DNA of 64,000 nucleotides, taken from Geosiphon pyriformis uo1. Its lineage: Eukaryota; Fungi; Glomeromycota. The position numbers and the translations under genes were made by a program. Shown one piece after another: positions 37,658 through 51,200 of the stretch (positions within the stretch are counted from its first letter, which is position 1; every line of letters begins with the position of its first letter). Under the pieces are notes generated by a model, which had not been told where the DNA came from, made no database searches, and saw nothing but the letters and a program-made list of their open reading frames with translations. The stretch is from assembly GCA_016748015.1 (NCBI GenBank), contig JAAOMT010000665.1:62001-126000 (forward strand), given 5' to 3'.

Positions 37658-40600
37658 TTAATCAACTCCAAGCAAACTTTTTAGTCGAAGCATCAAATGC
37701 CAGTCTTCTTTCGATAAATCATTACGAAAACTTTCTTTGCACACATCGATAGATGCTCGTGTTATCTAAAATAAACGGGCATTAGATGAATTAATAAATG
37801 TGAATATAAATTTATTTGTAAACATACATACTTTGCTATAGAGTTCGTCAGATTCCGTAAAATGTCTGCCAAATAATTTTGGGTGTTCATAAACTGGACA
37901 TTCTATTTTAATAGCTACTCCACCGCCCCCCTGGCCTTTCTTTAAAACTTCAATTGATTTATGATTCTGATGCATACTAGTAACTTTCCCGAGGCTTATT
38001 ACCTCACGAGCCTAAATTTCAGAAAAAAATATCTTTAGTAATGATCGGACAAACATGAAAAGGTGAATATACATTAGTTAAAAAATGTACATTTGTAACT
38101 GCATCCGTCTTCAAAACACAAATCGGAGTTCCCGGTCGCAAGATGCCTTCTACTATGTCAACACCGATTAAAATAGGATCCCTCTTGTTAAATATGGCAC
38201 CAGGAATAATTTTGAGAATGCACGGAAAGATAGCTTGAGGGGCTTGGTCTTTCCGTTTTTGTTCAAGAATATCCTAAACATAGATTAAATAAAGATAAAA
38301 TCAAATCGTATGTTAAAAATATTAAAAATGCAAAAAAAGTACCTTATTGTATGCAGTAAATTGATCAAACAAATGGTAGATAATATCAGCTTTGAAGATC
38401 TTGATGCCGAATTCATCTGCCAATTCTTGCGCTTCTTTATCAACTTTTACGTCAAAACAAAGTACAACGGCAAGCCTAATTCACAATAAAATTATTTAAT
38501 ATGTTGCATGTCACAAATTGTTATAAAAACTTTAATTGAAAAAAGCCATTCACTCTTTAGCCTTTTCCAACATTGAAGCCGCCCGCATGATATCCTTTTT
38601 ATGTACAGGCCCAATATTGATACCGGACACGGGTATTTTCGAAGTTTTCAAGAATTCCAGAAGCGCTTCAAGAGATCCTAAGGTGGAAGCTTGGACACAT
38701 ACACCTTTGCCAGACTTGTCAATCGCGCTAAATAAACTTTTGAGATCGGACATCACCTCGTCTTTGAGGTCGTCCTCGTCATCATCGGGTCCAACCACAA
38801 GAAGTCGTGATCCAGCAATTGCTTTGTCGAGGTCTTGAGCAGATATTTTAATACCAAGGGCAGCCTTAACGGTTTTATGATGGACATAAGCAGACTTGAC
38901 ACGAAGCTCTCGCAATGGCTGAGGAGTTAACAATGCGCGGATAGTAGTGCTTATAGGTCCATTCAAGCCGCAAAGAATAATTTTATCACCTTCATTTAGT
39001 ACACCATTCGAGAGAATTACATCTATAGTGGTACCCAGACCTTCGATAACCTTCACTTCTAAAACAGTACATTCAAGTTCTGATAAATACATCAGCTGAT
39101 TGCTCATTCTACTCTGCGAGAGGTTAACCAGCAGCATAAGCATATCAGGTATCCCTTCACCAGTGATAGCAGATGTAGGCACTAGAGAAACGTTTTTTGC
39201 AAAATTCTTATTTTCGTAGTATAAACATGAATTTAACCCCTGAAGTGTTCAACAAGAGAGAAAATTAGAATTAGGCACGTAAATTTCGATCTCTAACACA
39301 GAGCGTTACAGAATTAACATACCTGTTCTGCGAATGCAATTATGGTTTTTTCTACGCGATCCTTGAATTCGCGTTTCACATTCACAGACTGATTTGAAAG
39401 TGAGTCTTGAAACGAGTTATCAGGAATCGGCTTCCAATCGTACATACGATCAATCTAGAAACAATTCATTAAATAAAGATAAGAACAGTTCCCAGCCTGA
39501 TTAATATATTTAATCGACTCTGTACCTTATTAAGTGCAACAATAAAAGGAGCCTTGCGGTCACGTAAAAGCCTAAGGGATTCTAAGGTTTGCGGCTCGAG
39601 TCCATGCTATTTTTCAAAGATAGAAATAATTAATAAACTTCGCAATAATATTCATTACTCAATTTAAATATATACCATGATATCGACAACAAGAATGGCG
39701 ATATTACAAAGAGAAGATCCACGAGAACGCAAGTTGGTGAACGATTCATGTCCCGGCGTATCAATAACGAGAAGACCAGGGAGTTTGTATTCTTGATTCC
39801 CATCCTAAAAAGAAAAAAGTTTTAATCAAGATATTTTTAAAATCAATTTTATAAATTAAAAAATTTACTTTATTGAGAGGAGCTGTTTTGATTTTGATAG
39901 TATCCATTGGAAAATAGGTGGCTCCAATCTGTTGGGTAATACCGCCAGCTTCCCCTTCCTGGACATTGGTCTGCCGAATCTTATCCAATAACTTTGTTTT
40001 ACCTGTAGTAAATAACATTGGGATCGTAGATTATCGCGATTAGAGTGAAAGGAACATAGTGAAGTAATTTTTCCAAATATCGGATAGCGAAAGCAAATGT
40101 GAAAACAAACCGGTATCAACATGCCCCAAAATACAGCAAATGGGAGATCGAAGATTATCTTTAGAGCGAGCTGCAAGGGCTTCTTCATGACGTTTCTATC
40201 GAAAAAAAGGAGCTTTATCATCATAAACAATTTGAAAGTATGAGGCCAAACTGCAAAGAAATAAGTGTTAAACCCTTCGTCGTTCAGCTGCTTCCTGTTT
40301 ACGTTTTAGAGCTTGTTTTTTGGTTCCAGATATTTCCTCATCTTCTATATCATCTGAATCATCCTCGCTATCCTCTTCGCTGGTCTCAGTTTCGGATTCT
40401 TCAGAATCAGTTTCACTTTTTTGTCGTGAATCTGTTTTTTTGTCTATTTTTTCTCCTTTCTTGATAGTAGGTTTTGTGGATGTTTCAACTTTTTTAACTT
40501 CAGGTTTTGCAGGCTGCTCCGTCTTCTTCAATCGGCTTTTTAAGGGTGAGAGTTTTTGGTCGGAAACTTTCTTTTGATTCGTAGATGTGTCTATGATAAT

Positions 40601-42635
40601 GCGGATTTAATAGTTTAATGTGCGAGTATTTTCAAATTTTGTTGTTACCAACTTACCTTTTGATCCTGTGCCAATGGTTAGAATAAAGTTAATTTGGAGA
40701 AAATTAAATTAAATTACTTGTCAATAAAGTTAAATTGCAACAATCCTAATGAATTTTAACAAAAAGTTCACACCTATTCGTTTCATATCTTTTGATTTTT
40801 CGTCTCCTGACGCGTCATCCCAATTATCCCTTATATCATCTTCAGATTCTTCCCAATTCTCTTTGACAGTCTCTGTTAGCACTTTTTTAATTTGAATGGG
40901 TTTATGTTCATCGAAACTGACTTTGGAAGCTTCATCCTCCCAACTTTCTTTGTCTGCTATTATTGAAATATAAGTATTGTAGCCAACACAAAATTAACAT
41001 CTAAATCTAAAAATTCTCACCTTCAGTTCTTTTTACATCATCTAATACGTTTTCCTGACCGTCTTCAACCTTCTTATTAGAAGCAGCTTCAGCAGAGAAA
41101 ATTTCATCTTCCTCTGGTTGCTTAGGTCCCTTTTTCTTTTTATTGCCATATACGACCCTTTTTGGCTTCGCTTCGACTTCTTTTTCAACGAGACCTTCTA
41201 TTTTCAGACCGGAATCTATCATTTGTTGCAATCGTAATTGAGCCTGCTGTTGTTTGGTTTTCTGGGCTTTGGATAGGAGTTTTCCCTCTTTCCTGAGTTG
41301 GTCCTTTTTCGCCTACAGATTTTACCATAATTCATTAATCTAAATATAATGTTTCGATAAAACATAGGTATGTTCAAGGATATTATACTTTTTCTTTTTC
41401 TTTTTTTAACCGCTTAGCTTCTTCTTTACGGCGTTCTTCTTCCTCGGCCTTTCTTTGTTCCTCTATATGGTGATCGGAGTTACGGTCATTTTGGGCAAAA
41501 CTTAGGAATACATGTTAATACAGCTTGGAACGTGAATGGGAGGGTAAAGCCTGACCTTCAATACGCCTCTTTTCTTCTTCCTCTCGTATACGCAGCTCTT
41601 CTTCGGCAGCTCTAATTGTTGAAAAAGTTAAACCATCAATCAAAATTATAAAAAAAAATTTGCAATTTTCTTTCGCATATGTACCGTTGGGCCTCAATAA
41701 CCGCTTTCATAGCAGCAACATTGGGGCCTTTTTTCTTTGGTTTTTTTTCTTCCTCAACAGTTTTCTTTTTCTTCTTTTTCTTTTTGTTTTTTGCTTTATC
41801 ATCTTCATCGTCTTCCTCTTCCTCTTCATCCAACCCAGTAGTTTCAACTACCACTTGATTTTCAATTTTATCTTCTTCTTTTAGCAGTTCTAGTTGTTTG
41901 GATGTCCCAGTTTGAACCTTCTTTTTATCTGCCTCAGCTTTCTTTTTCTCTTTTTCCTTTTGCTTTTTGAGCTTCTCTTTTTCTTTTTTGCTTAAAATTC
42001 GAATTTCACCTCCCTCGTCGGGTAGATCAATTTTTTTCTCTGTTTCTGTTTTTTTTGCTACCACGGAACCAAGCTCAGTTTTATCAAGAATGTTCGTTTT
42101 TTCAGATTTATCCTTGACTTTCTTGCCCCTCTTTGTATCTTTTGTAGATTTTGGGCCAGATTCTTCGGCCCAGTCGTCTGCTTGAGCCAATTGAGGGTTA
42201 GCGGCACCAGAAGCTGGAGCTTCTATCGATTCGTTACCTTGAGAAATGGTAGAGTCAGCATAGTCATCATCAGTTACGATGTTCTTTTTTTTCTTGCTTT
42301 TTTTATCTTTTGCAGACACTTTAGAAATCTGCGCCATGAGACCCCCAAATTCGTCATCTTCTACAATGGAAGGAATATCTGCTAACTGATAAAGTGGAGT
42401 TTCTGGTGCCTCAATGACATGAGAGATTGGATTCAAATCCTCTTTTTTCGTAGGCTCTGGTGCCTCAAAGACATGTGAGGTTGGTGTCGAATCCTCTTTT
42501 TCTGTAGGTTCTTGCCTTTAATTCATTTAAGAATTTCTGTTTTAGCAAAGTGGCAATTAGAAAAGCTTTAGTCAAAGTTACATACCAGCTGTCTTCAATT
42601 CCTTTCTTTTTCCCTTTTTTATCTTTCTTCGCCAT
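37658..42635 (-). CDS. eIF5B: Eukaryotic translation initiation factor 5B (Fun12), multi-exon
   Basis: [78 protein letters not shown] and [14 protein letters not shown]-rich N-terminus. Confidence 0.96.
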
Positions 42636-42836
42636 TTTGTGAAACTTGTGAAGATAAAACGTCCAACTTCTTTTTCTTGTTGCTCTGACATTATTTAAAA
42701 ACACCCTCGCTAAATGATTGGCTGACTAAATCATTGATAATTATCTGCCGATTACTTCTAATATTGGTAGGATTGTCACGTGCCATAATGACCTACAAGA
42801 GATGAGGAATCGTTCGAAGCCACTCTTCTTGAAAAG
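42636..42836. promoter_or_regulatory. 201-bp head-to-head region between eIF5B and DIM1 with CCAAT box
   Basis: Divergent ATGs at 42635 and 42837. TGATTGGCTG at 42715-42724 is an NF-Y consensus on the minus strand. Confidence 0.6.
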
Positions 42837-43811
42837 ATGTCTTACTTTCTTCCCCATTTGACTAACGGTGAGTATTTATCATCGAAGCTTTTGTACAAGG
42901 TTTAAAAATTTTTACTTAAAACCCTTCATTTAATCTCACTTTCAAATCAAAGGCTGGCAAGTGGATCAAGCCATTCTCTCGGAAGAAGACCGTGTGGTGG
43001 TGATCCGTTTCGGACACGACTGGGTATTTAACTTTCCTAAACCTTATTGTATTTTTAAAGAAGGTTTATCAGATGTGGTCATTCTCCACAACTTTAGTCC
43101 TCCTTATCTTTAAACTATGGGCTGCACCTTTCGGAAATCAAAATTTAAAAAGGTGAAAGAAACCTTTCTATTTAGAAACTTTTGACGGCCGAACATCAAA
43201 TACGATAATTCCTAAAATTTTATACTCATAATATTATTTTGTTAATGTACTATTTGCAAAGGATCCTACATGTATGAAAATGGATGAGACTTTATATGGC
43301 ATTGCGGAGAAAGTCAAGAATTTCGCTGTAATTTATTTGGTAAAAAAATTATTTAAATTATTCTTTGTTAATGAAATTGGATATTAATTAATAGTTTATT
43401 TAAAAACCGAAACAGGTCGATATTACAGAAGTTCCTGACTTCAACAAGGTATTTCATCGTTTTAGACGATTTTGGAACGAAGTATCCTTCAAAAGACTAA
43501 ATTTTTTGATCTCCAAAAGATGTACGAACTTTATGATCCTTGTACAATTATGTTTTTTTTTCGTAACAAACATATCATGATTGATTTGGGTACTGGCAAC
43601 AATAATAAAATCAATTGGGTATGAAAAATATCTCTACTATTTATATACCAAAAAGGTTCATTTCTATAACTTATTCCTCAAATCCAAATTGCAGGCTTTA
43701 GAAGATAAACAAGAGTTAATAGACATAATAGAAACCGTCTATCGAGGAGCGCGTAAAGGAAGAGGTCTAGTCGTGTCTCCCAAAGATTACTCGACCAAAT
43801 ACAAATATTAG
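42837..43811 (+). CDS. DIM1: U5 snRNP protein Dim1/Dib1 (TXNL4A), 6 exons
   Basis: MSYFLPHLTNGWQVDQAILSEEDRVVVIRFGHDW...GRGLVVSPKDYSTKYKY after splicing. Confidence 0.96.
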
Positions 43812-44550
43812 GTAGATATACAGTTCAATTAAGATTAATTCCAAATCTTTGTAATTTCTGGGTGCTTTGCAATTTATTTTTGCCTGATATTAGATGACTT
43901 ATATAATTTTACGTAAAGTTAGAAATTTAATTTTTTGAAATTTAATTTTTTGCTATAATTTTAGTAATTGAGGTTTTTTTAATTTAAACAAGTTGAACTT
44001 GAAAATAAAAACAATTTTAAATAAGATCAAATTTTAACATTTAATATTAAAATATTATTATAAATTTTAATATTCAATTCAAATATATATAATGTGCTTC
44101 AAATTAATGTTAAAGTTAAAATTAATGTTAAAAAAATAATTAATATTTGAAACATAACATTACATATTTTAATTGTTAATTTGCAATTTAAACATAACAT
44201 ATATAAACAGTCTTTTTTAAAATGTTTTATTAAGTACAATTTAATTATTATTTATTAAAACTATTAATTATATACATAAATTTAATGTTAATAAATATAA
44301 TTAACCAATTAAAATTATTTTATAATAATGTACTTTTTTTTAAAGCTTAATTTATATTACACTTTTGTTTTTTTTATTAAATTTAATGTACATAATTTAA
44401 TTACTATTTAATATAATACAAAAATTAAGTATTTTAAATTAAATATAATTTATATGCTTTTTATATATAATTTATTAGAGTTTAATAAGTATGGTCCAAC
44501 TACTATTTAATACAATATAACTATATAGAATCTTAAATTAGATATAATTT

Positions 44551-45227
44551 ACTATGGCCTGATCTAAATGCATTCCTTGTTTTTTAAGATTGGTGTTTAT
44601 GGCAATTCCAATTTTTTTGGCCAATAACATGATCTTTTCTATGCTGCTCTCTGATGTGAAAGTAGATCAGATAATTTTTTCGAATTTTGAGAGGGTAGTG
44701 GCCTCCCCAAAACCACAGATTTTTGAAAAATTTTTCCTGATAAGCTGAGTTTTTGCCATTGCTAATTTCTCTTCTACAGCCGAAAAATTAATGTTCAAAG
44801 CAAAAAATTTGTTTACAGCCACTTTTACAGATGTTTTCATGATTTTGGAATCAATTCACTTTATATTCAGAGATATTTTGAGAGGGGGTAGAAGGAGTTC
44901 TAACTCATCCTCTATATTATAATTAGAGAAACCAAGAAGAAATCCAAAATCAGCACTAGTGTTAATGTACTTCACTTTAAGAGTGTTTGCAACTGAACCC
45001 AAGATAGAACCATTACTAACACCAAACATGCCAATATCCACATTATCATCAGATAAGCTTTCCACATTAGAATACATACTACTGCCAAACCCAGATTTCA
45101 AAGAAACATCTTTTTTATTACCAGAATATTTAATATTCCCAAGAACAACTTTCTTTTTCTGTAAAAAAAAACCACCAGCAGAACCATGAAAAACACTCTT
45201 GGGTGCTTTTTTTAGACATGTTGCTAT
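44551..45227 (-). mobile_element. LINE ORF1 5' fragment, interrupted by gypsy element D (continues at ~55401-55420)
   Basis: FFALNINFSAV...GFGEATTLSKF matches SFALNIELSAV...GFGGASTPLKF in the LINE ORF1 at 62861. The reading frame continues across the CTAT duplication. Confidence 0.75.
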
Positions 45228-46093
45228 TGTTACAGGTGATTATTTCTGTTGTGGAATTGAATAACAAACCCATAACTTGGTGCTCAAAAGCTACTTTTGT
45301 GAATGATGTGCAGAAGATATGATATCTGAAGGTTTTGGTTGATCTGAAGATTTTGTTGTGGAGTTTTTTGTATAATGGACAGAGATTCAATAAGATTGAT
45401 AGTGGTTGTATCCTCAAGTGGTTTTCCCAATTTCTTTTTTAGCATGGTGGTTGGATTTAGTCTGGCAGTTGTGCCCTTCTGGTAAGCTATCTGATAATAT
45501 ATATAAAATCCTACCCTTATTTCTGGGTCTTTTACCAGGCTATCCTTAACGTTAATAACTCAGTGCTTAATTTTTTAATTAATTAGTATACAACAACAAA
45601 ATCAAAGAAAGCAAGAAAATAAAATAGAAAAAATAAAAATAAAGAAAATAAAGAAATAAGCCAAGGCAATTTGGTCTGTTAGTATCTCGTCAATAGCCAT
45701 GATCAAGAGCTATTGTTTCAGTGTGGTTAAGTAGCAATTACTATCAACATAAAGTATTGATAGTGAATAGTGATTTGAGATATGGAATAATTATTTATTT
45801 GATGATTGGTTTCTTGGCTAAGGATTCTGTGGTATCGATTCTGTCTTTTTTGTTTCTAATACTACTGCTATATATACATAATTGAGATTCCTCAATTCTT
45901 CAATTTTTTACAACAGGAATCCTGGAATCCTGTGATTCCTTTGAGAGGAATCCTGCAATTTTTTATTGGGAATCCTGAAATTCTTGGAATCTTGCAATTC
46001 CTGAGAGAAATCCTGGAATTCCACATTTACTATGCTTACTTCTGATTGGCTAATAATTATGTTAATATATTTTCTATATTTTTATGAGTAACA
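45228..46093 (-). repeat. 3' LTR of element D (866 bp)
   Basis: Direct repeat of 54506-55396. Preceded on the minus strand by PPT AAAAGGAGAGAATAA (46108-46094). Confidence 0.95.
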
Positions 46094-46106
46094 TTATTCT
46101 CTCCTT

Positions 46107-46736
46107 TTAATATTGAGCTCCATCGAAATCTAACTCATATAATTTCTCTTCTTGAAGTATTTCCTGGATTTTGTTTTCGAGAATTACTTGTGTTATTTGG
46201 GTCTGTAATTCTTCAAATTGAGCATTGGTAATTTTTCCCAATTGATTACTGGTAATCTTATCCATTGCTCTATTGAGCAATATTTCTGGTTTATCTTGAA
46301 ATGCTGTGTGTATTCGGTATATGGCTCAAACTTGTGTGGATAAGTTGTTCTTTTCCACAAAATGTTCTAATTATTGTAGTATTTTTTTGTCGAATAATCG
46401 CTTTGTTTTATCCGTATATAGATTCTGGATATTTACGTGTTATCCCAAGTAAAAATAACAATAGTTTCGTGGAAATTGTTGTATCCACCAATTCCAAGTT
46501 TCTTTAGTCAACTCTTGATATAGTGACTCTTTTGTCGATTCTTTTATTGCTAATTTTACTTTCGCCATGATTTTGTTCACAGTATTTTCAGTTTTCTTCT
46601 GTGTTCTGAGTTGAAATGTCTTTCTAGTATCTTGATATCAAATGGTTTGTTGATTGATTGTAATCTCCATTTCCTGGTGTTGGATTAATTGAAAGAGTTG
46701 TTGTGCTAGTGAGTGAATGTTGTCTGTAATTTCTAT
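46107..46736 (-). pseudogene. ORF3 of element D (unknown function)
   Basis: Same 630-nt span as B ORF3, start ATG>ATA, ends DFDGAQY* overlapping the PPT. Confidence 0.75.
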
Positions 46737-46790
46737 TTTTCTGATATTTCCTGTCACATCTACCATGTCTTTATATATTCTTTTGATGGA

Positions 46791-48173
46791 TCAATTTAAC
46801 ATGTTGTTGTTGATAATAATAATTGGTTCCAAATCTTGTGGAATCTCATCTGGTTGGACTAGTATTCTCTGTACTCCTAATTGTGAAATATTACTGGTAG
46901 ATGGTAGTGTGATGTTGTGATATGGTTTCAGTCGATCTTCATGTGCTGCTTTGGTTAAAATTTTGTTATCCAATCTTAATTTGTAAGCTCCATTTCCTAG
47001 AATTTCTTCTATGTGAAATGGTCTGTCCTATTTGGGATCAAATTTTCCACTCCATTGTTTTTCCGCTTTGGTACAATGTAGTAATATTTTGTCTCTGATC
47101 TTGAATTCAACTGGTTTGTCTGGTAGTTGACTATCATGTCTTTCTTTCTGTGTTTCTTGTGACTTTTGGATATTATCAGCTGCTCTTCTTTGTTTGTTTT
47201 CCAATGTTTTCATTAAGTCATATGTTCTTTTCAGCAATGTTTTTTGAAAATTTTTCTCTGTTATTGGTTCAACTGGATATGTATTAATTTTTTTTTCTAC
47301 TGGTAATGTTGCTATTCTCCCATATACTAATTACAATGGTGTTGCTTGTGTAGTATCTTGTTTCGTTGTCTGATAAGCAAATAGTACTGATAATATAAAC
47401 AAATCCCAATCATTCTGGTTTTCTTGGCTGAGCTTGGCTATTGCTTCACACAATGTTCTGTTGAATCTTTCTACTAATCCATTGGTTTGTGGATGGTATG
47501 GTGATGATAATGGTCTCTTGATTCCGAATCTTTGGCTCAATTCTGTTAATGTTCTGTTCACAAAATGAGTTCCTTGGTCTGATAATAATTCTTTTAGACA
47601 TCCATGTCGACAAATCAAATTCTGATGAACAAATTCAGCAACGGATTCTGCATCTGCTCTTTGAATTGCTTTTGCCTCTGGCCATTTAGTGAGATAGTTC
47701 ATAGCTACTGCTATGTATCTGTTTCCTCTGCTGGTGATTGTTAATGGTCCAACTAAATCAATTCCCATACGGTCAAATGGTTGTCCCACTTTGATTGGTC
47801 TTAATGGTTCACTGGGTCTTGTTCCTCCTCTTTGCTGACAAGCATCACAATTTTGAACATATTGAATGATGTCTGGATACATTAATAGCCAATAGTATCT
47901 TTTTCTAATTCTCTCCATTGTTGCTTCTTTGTAAAAATGTCCTGCTGTTGGATTTGAGTGCATGTTGAATAATATTGTCTCTTTTTCTGGCTCTGTAATT
48001 ACTCTGGTTGGTTGATCTGGATTCCTTTTATTTTTCTGATAAAGTATATTTTGGTGAGTGATAAAATATTTTGATTGTTGTTTGATACTCCTTTGTTCCA
48101 TATGAGATAAATTCTCCTTGAACTGTTGAGTGTTTAGATAATATTGCAATTGTTGATATTTTTGTATGTTCAT
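46791..48173 (-). pseudogene. Integrase of element D
   Basis: MHSNPTAGH...CDAC zinc site, GIDLVGP, SDQGTHF and PYHPQTNGLVERFN (D,D35E). GPF-type C-terminus. Confidence 0.92.
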
Positions 48174-48236
48174 CTTTTGTTGTATTTTTCCGTTGGTATT
48201 GTTCTGGTTTTATTATATTTTTGGGTTGAAATGTTC

Positions 48237-51200
48237 TTAGATTTGTCTTATTCGTGATAAACCATCAGCATTTCCGTTGTCTTTTCCCTTTTTATAATGT
48301 ATAATATAATTATATGGTGCGAGTGCCATTTTCTATCTTGACTGTCTTCCATCTCCAAATTCTTGTTTTTGAAGTGATGTTAATCCCTTGTGATTTGTGT
48401 ATACTTCAAACTTCTGGCTCAAGTATTCTTTCCATTTCATGATGACCCAGTATGTTGCTAAGTGTTTTTGTTCTGGTGTTCCATAGTTCTTTTCAGCTGG
48501 TGTTAAACCTCTGTTGGCATATGCTACTGGATGTTCTCTGCCGTCCGGTCCTCTCTGAGATAATACTGCTCCCAATGCTTGGCCGGATGCATTGGTAGTG
48601 ATGATGAATGGTTTGCTGTAATCTGGATAGATCAGTACTGAAGCTTGGATAAGCTTTTTCCTCAGAATATCAAAAGCTTCTTGTTGACTTTCTGTCTATT
48701 CATATTTTGCATTCTTGTTTTGCAGTTGATTGAGTGGCTGCGCTATCTTGGAAAAGTTCTTGATAAAATGATGATAGTAACTGGCGAATCCCAAGAATGA
48801 TTTCAGTTCTGTTATATTGGTCAGCACTGGAAAGTTCTTTACTATCTTTATTTTCTCTGAATCCGTTTTGATGCCATCTTTGCTGACTATATGTCCCAAG
48901 AATTTGAGTTCTGTCTTGCCAAAGAAGCACTTTGTTGCATTTAACTTTAGTCCTGCTCTTCTTAGTCTTTTGAACACTTGTTGAAGATGATGAAGATGAT
49001 CATCAAATGTCTTTGAGAATACATTGGTGTTGTCCAAGTATACAACTATTGATTTTCACAATAAACCAGTATAAACAATTTCCATTAGCCATTGGAAAGT
49101 TGCTGGGGCATTGGTTAAGCCAAATGGCATCACTTCAAATTCGAAATTCTCTTCTTTAGTAGTAAATGCCGTCTTCTCTTTGTTAGCTGAATTCATGGCT
49201 ACTTGCCAGTAACCACTGTTTAAATCTAATGTGGAGAACCATTTGTTCCCACCGAAAGCATCAAATAATTTCTGTATTCATGGAATTGGATAACTGTCTC
49301 CACGAGTTACACTATTGAGTTTCCTGTAGTCTACACAAAACCGGATTTTTCCATTTTTCTTTTAGATGAATACCACTGGTGACAACTATGGACTCATTGA
49401 TAGTTGAATCAGCCCATTGTCAAGCATTCTGTTTATTTCTTGATAAATAATCTTGTGGCTGGCTGGCGATACTCTGTATGCTCTTTGTTTGATTGGCATT
49501 GCATCCCCAGTCTTAATCTGATGCTGGATGATGTCAGTTTGGCCAAACTCATTTTCGCTGGCAAAGATGTCATTGAAATTGTTGAGTAACATCTTGAGCT
49601 GCATACATTGGAGTAAATCTAAGTTTCCCATGTTCATTTGTTCCAATTGTTCTGGTTGGAGCAAATAACATTTGTCTCGTCCATAGATTGTTTATGATGT
49701 GATGTCAACATATTCACAAAGTTGTGGAAAGTCTGAAATGGGGTTTGGTGGTTGGTCTTCTATTTCTGTGGTTAAATATCCGATGGTGGTTCCTTCTGGT
49801 ATGCTGATGATATTTCCAGTATTGTTGTAGATGGGAATTTTTATGCTGCTATAGCTTTTGGCTGGTATGTGGAGATTGATCAACCCAATCTTTCTTGATT
49901 CACAAAAAGTTGCTTCTGCTTCAAAAATCTGTTCTTGCTCTTTTTCCTTCCTTTCTATTGTTAACATATACTGGCTATATGGTGGAATAGAAATAGCTTG
50001 ACCAGTTGAGATAATTTCTCCTTGGCCAACAATTTCTTCCTCCACTATATTAACTGGTATGTCTGTTCTACCCATTAATCCGAATCCTTGTATTTCTCTC
50101 ACTGTTATTCCTAATTTCTTTCTCTTTCCCACTAACACTAACTGAGCTACTCTAATCAGAGGCAGGAATATTGCCTGTGCTATCTTTTCATTGGGCTCTA
50201 TTATATAGGCCTTTTCTGAGTCATTTTGTAGCATGGCGATGATATTTCTTACATATTCCGCATCAATTATTCCTCCTCTTATATTGATTCCTCTTTTTGC
50301 TAAGCTACTCTTAGATGCTAATTGAATCATTGTTGTTGCCGGAATCTCTAGTGCTATTTTCAGATCAATGTAGATGCATGAATGCAGTTCTAATTTGATG
50401 GCAACTTTTCCTGGATATCTCAGATCAAACCCTGCATCTGTATCATGCACACGTTTTGGCATAATACCTTCCCTATTGTTACTATACCATTTTAACTCTT
50501 GTTCCTTGAAGAGATCTGGTAGTGCAATGTATTGTTCATAGTTTAAATCGAGTTTTGAATCTGAGTCTGAATTGTTTTCGTTATCATTGCCATTTTGAAT
50601 GGAGCTAGAACCATTGTTTTCGTTGTCATCATCAGAGTCTGGATCGCGATTGATCAGCGATTCTGATTCTAATGCACAGCTGCTGATTGGTTCTTCTTTT
50701 TCAGGGATCAAGTAGATCATGTATGGTGGTGGATTGTAAATGAGGTCACAATTGTCACAATATTCGAAGTCACTGGGAATTAAACAATGATGACACAGTT
50801 TTGTATTTAACTGTGCTAGCTGTTGTTTTTGCTCTTCTCTAGTGGGTGCCAAGTTTTGGTAGTGTTCATGAAACTCTTCTGGTTCTAAAAAAGTTATAAC
50901 TGGCTCTGCGTTCCCGTCAAGCTCAATGAGTTCTGGTGGGTTGTTTTTAATTGTCCAGATTTCTTCTGGTGATGCGCCTTCAATTTTGGTGGTTGCCATT
51001 CTCCAAATTTTGTCATCATCATGTGGACAACTGTCTAATTGTCACACTGCTCTTTGCCAAGCGGCTTCGATTGGTGTCCCCTTTTTAATTCAGTTACTGA
51101 TCAGAATCATGTATTGACACTCTACGTCGCACATTTCTCTATGTCCGGAAATGTCATGCCACATTCCTTCATCCAAGAGAGTCTCTCCACAAGCTAAGCA

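Noticed and set aside
41375-41383. ATATCCTTG 5 nt inside an eIF5B intron
   Set aside because: No TCCTTRAC branch site downstream, and the GT-AG junction restores the frame. It shows the 5' motif alone can arise by chance.
43482-43490. GTATCCTTC (U12 5'ss-like) in a DIM1 intron
   Set aside because: It sits mid-way in a 71-nt U2 intron with no U12 branch site or room for a minor intron.
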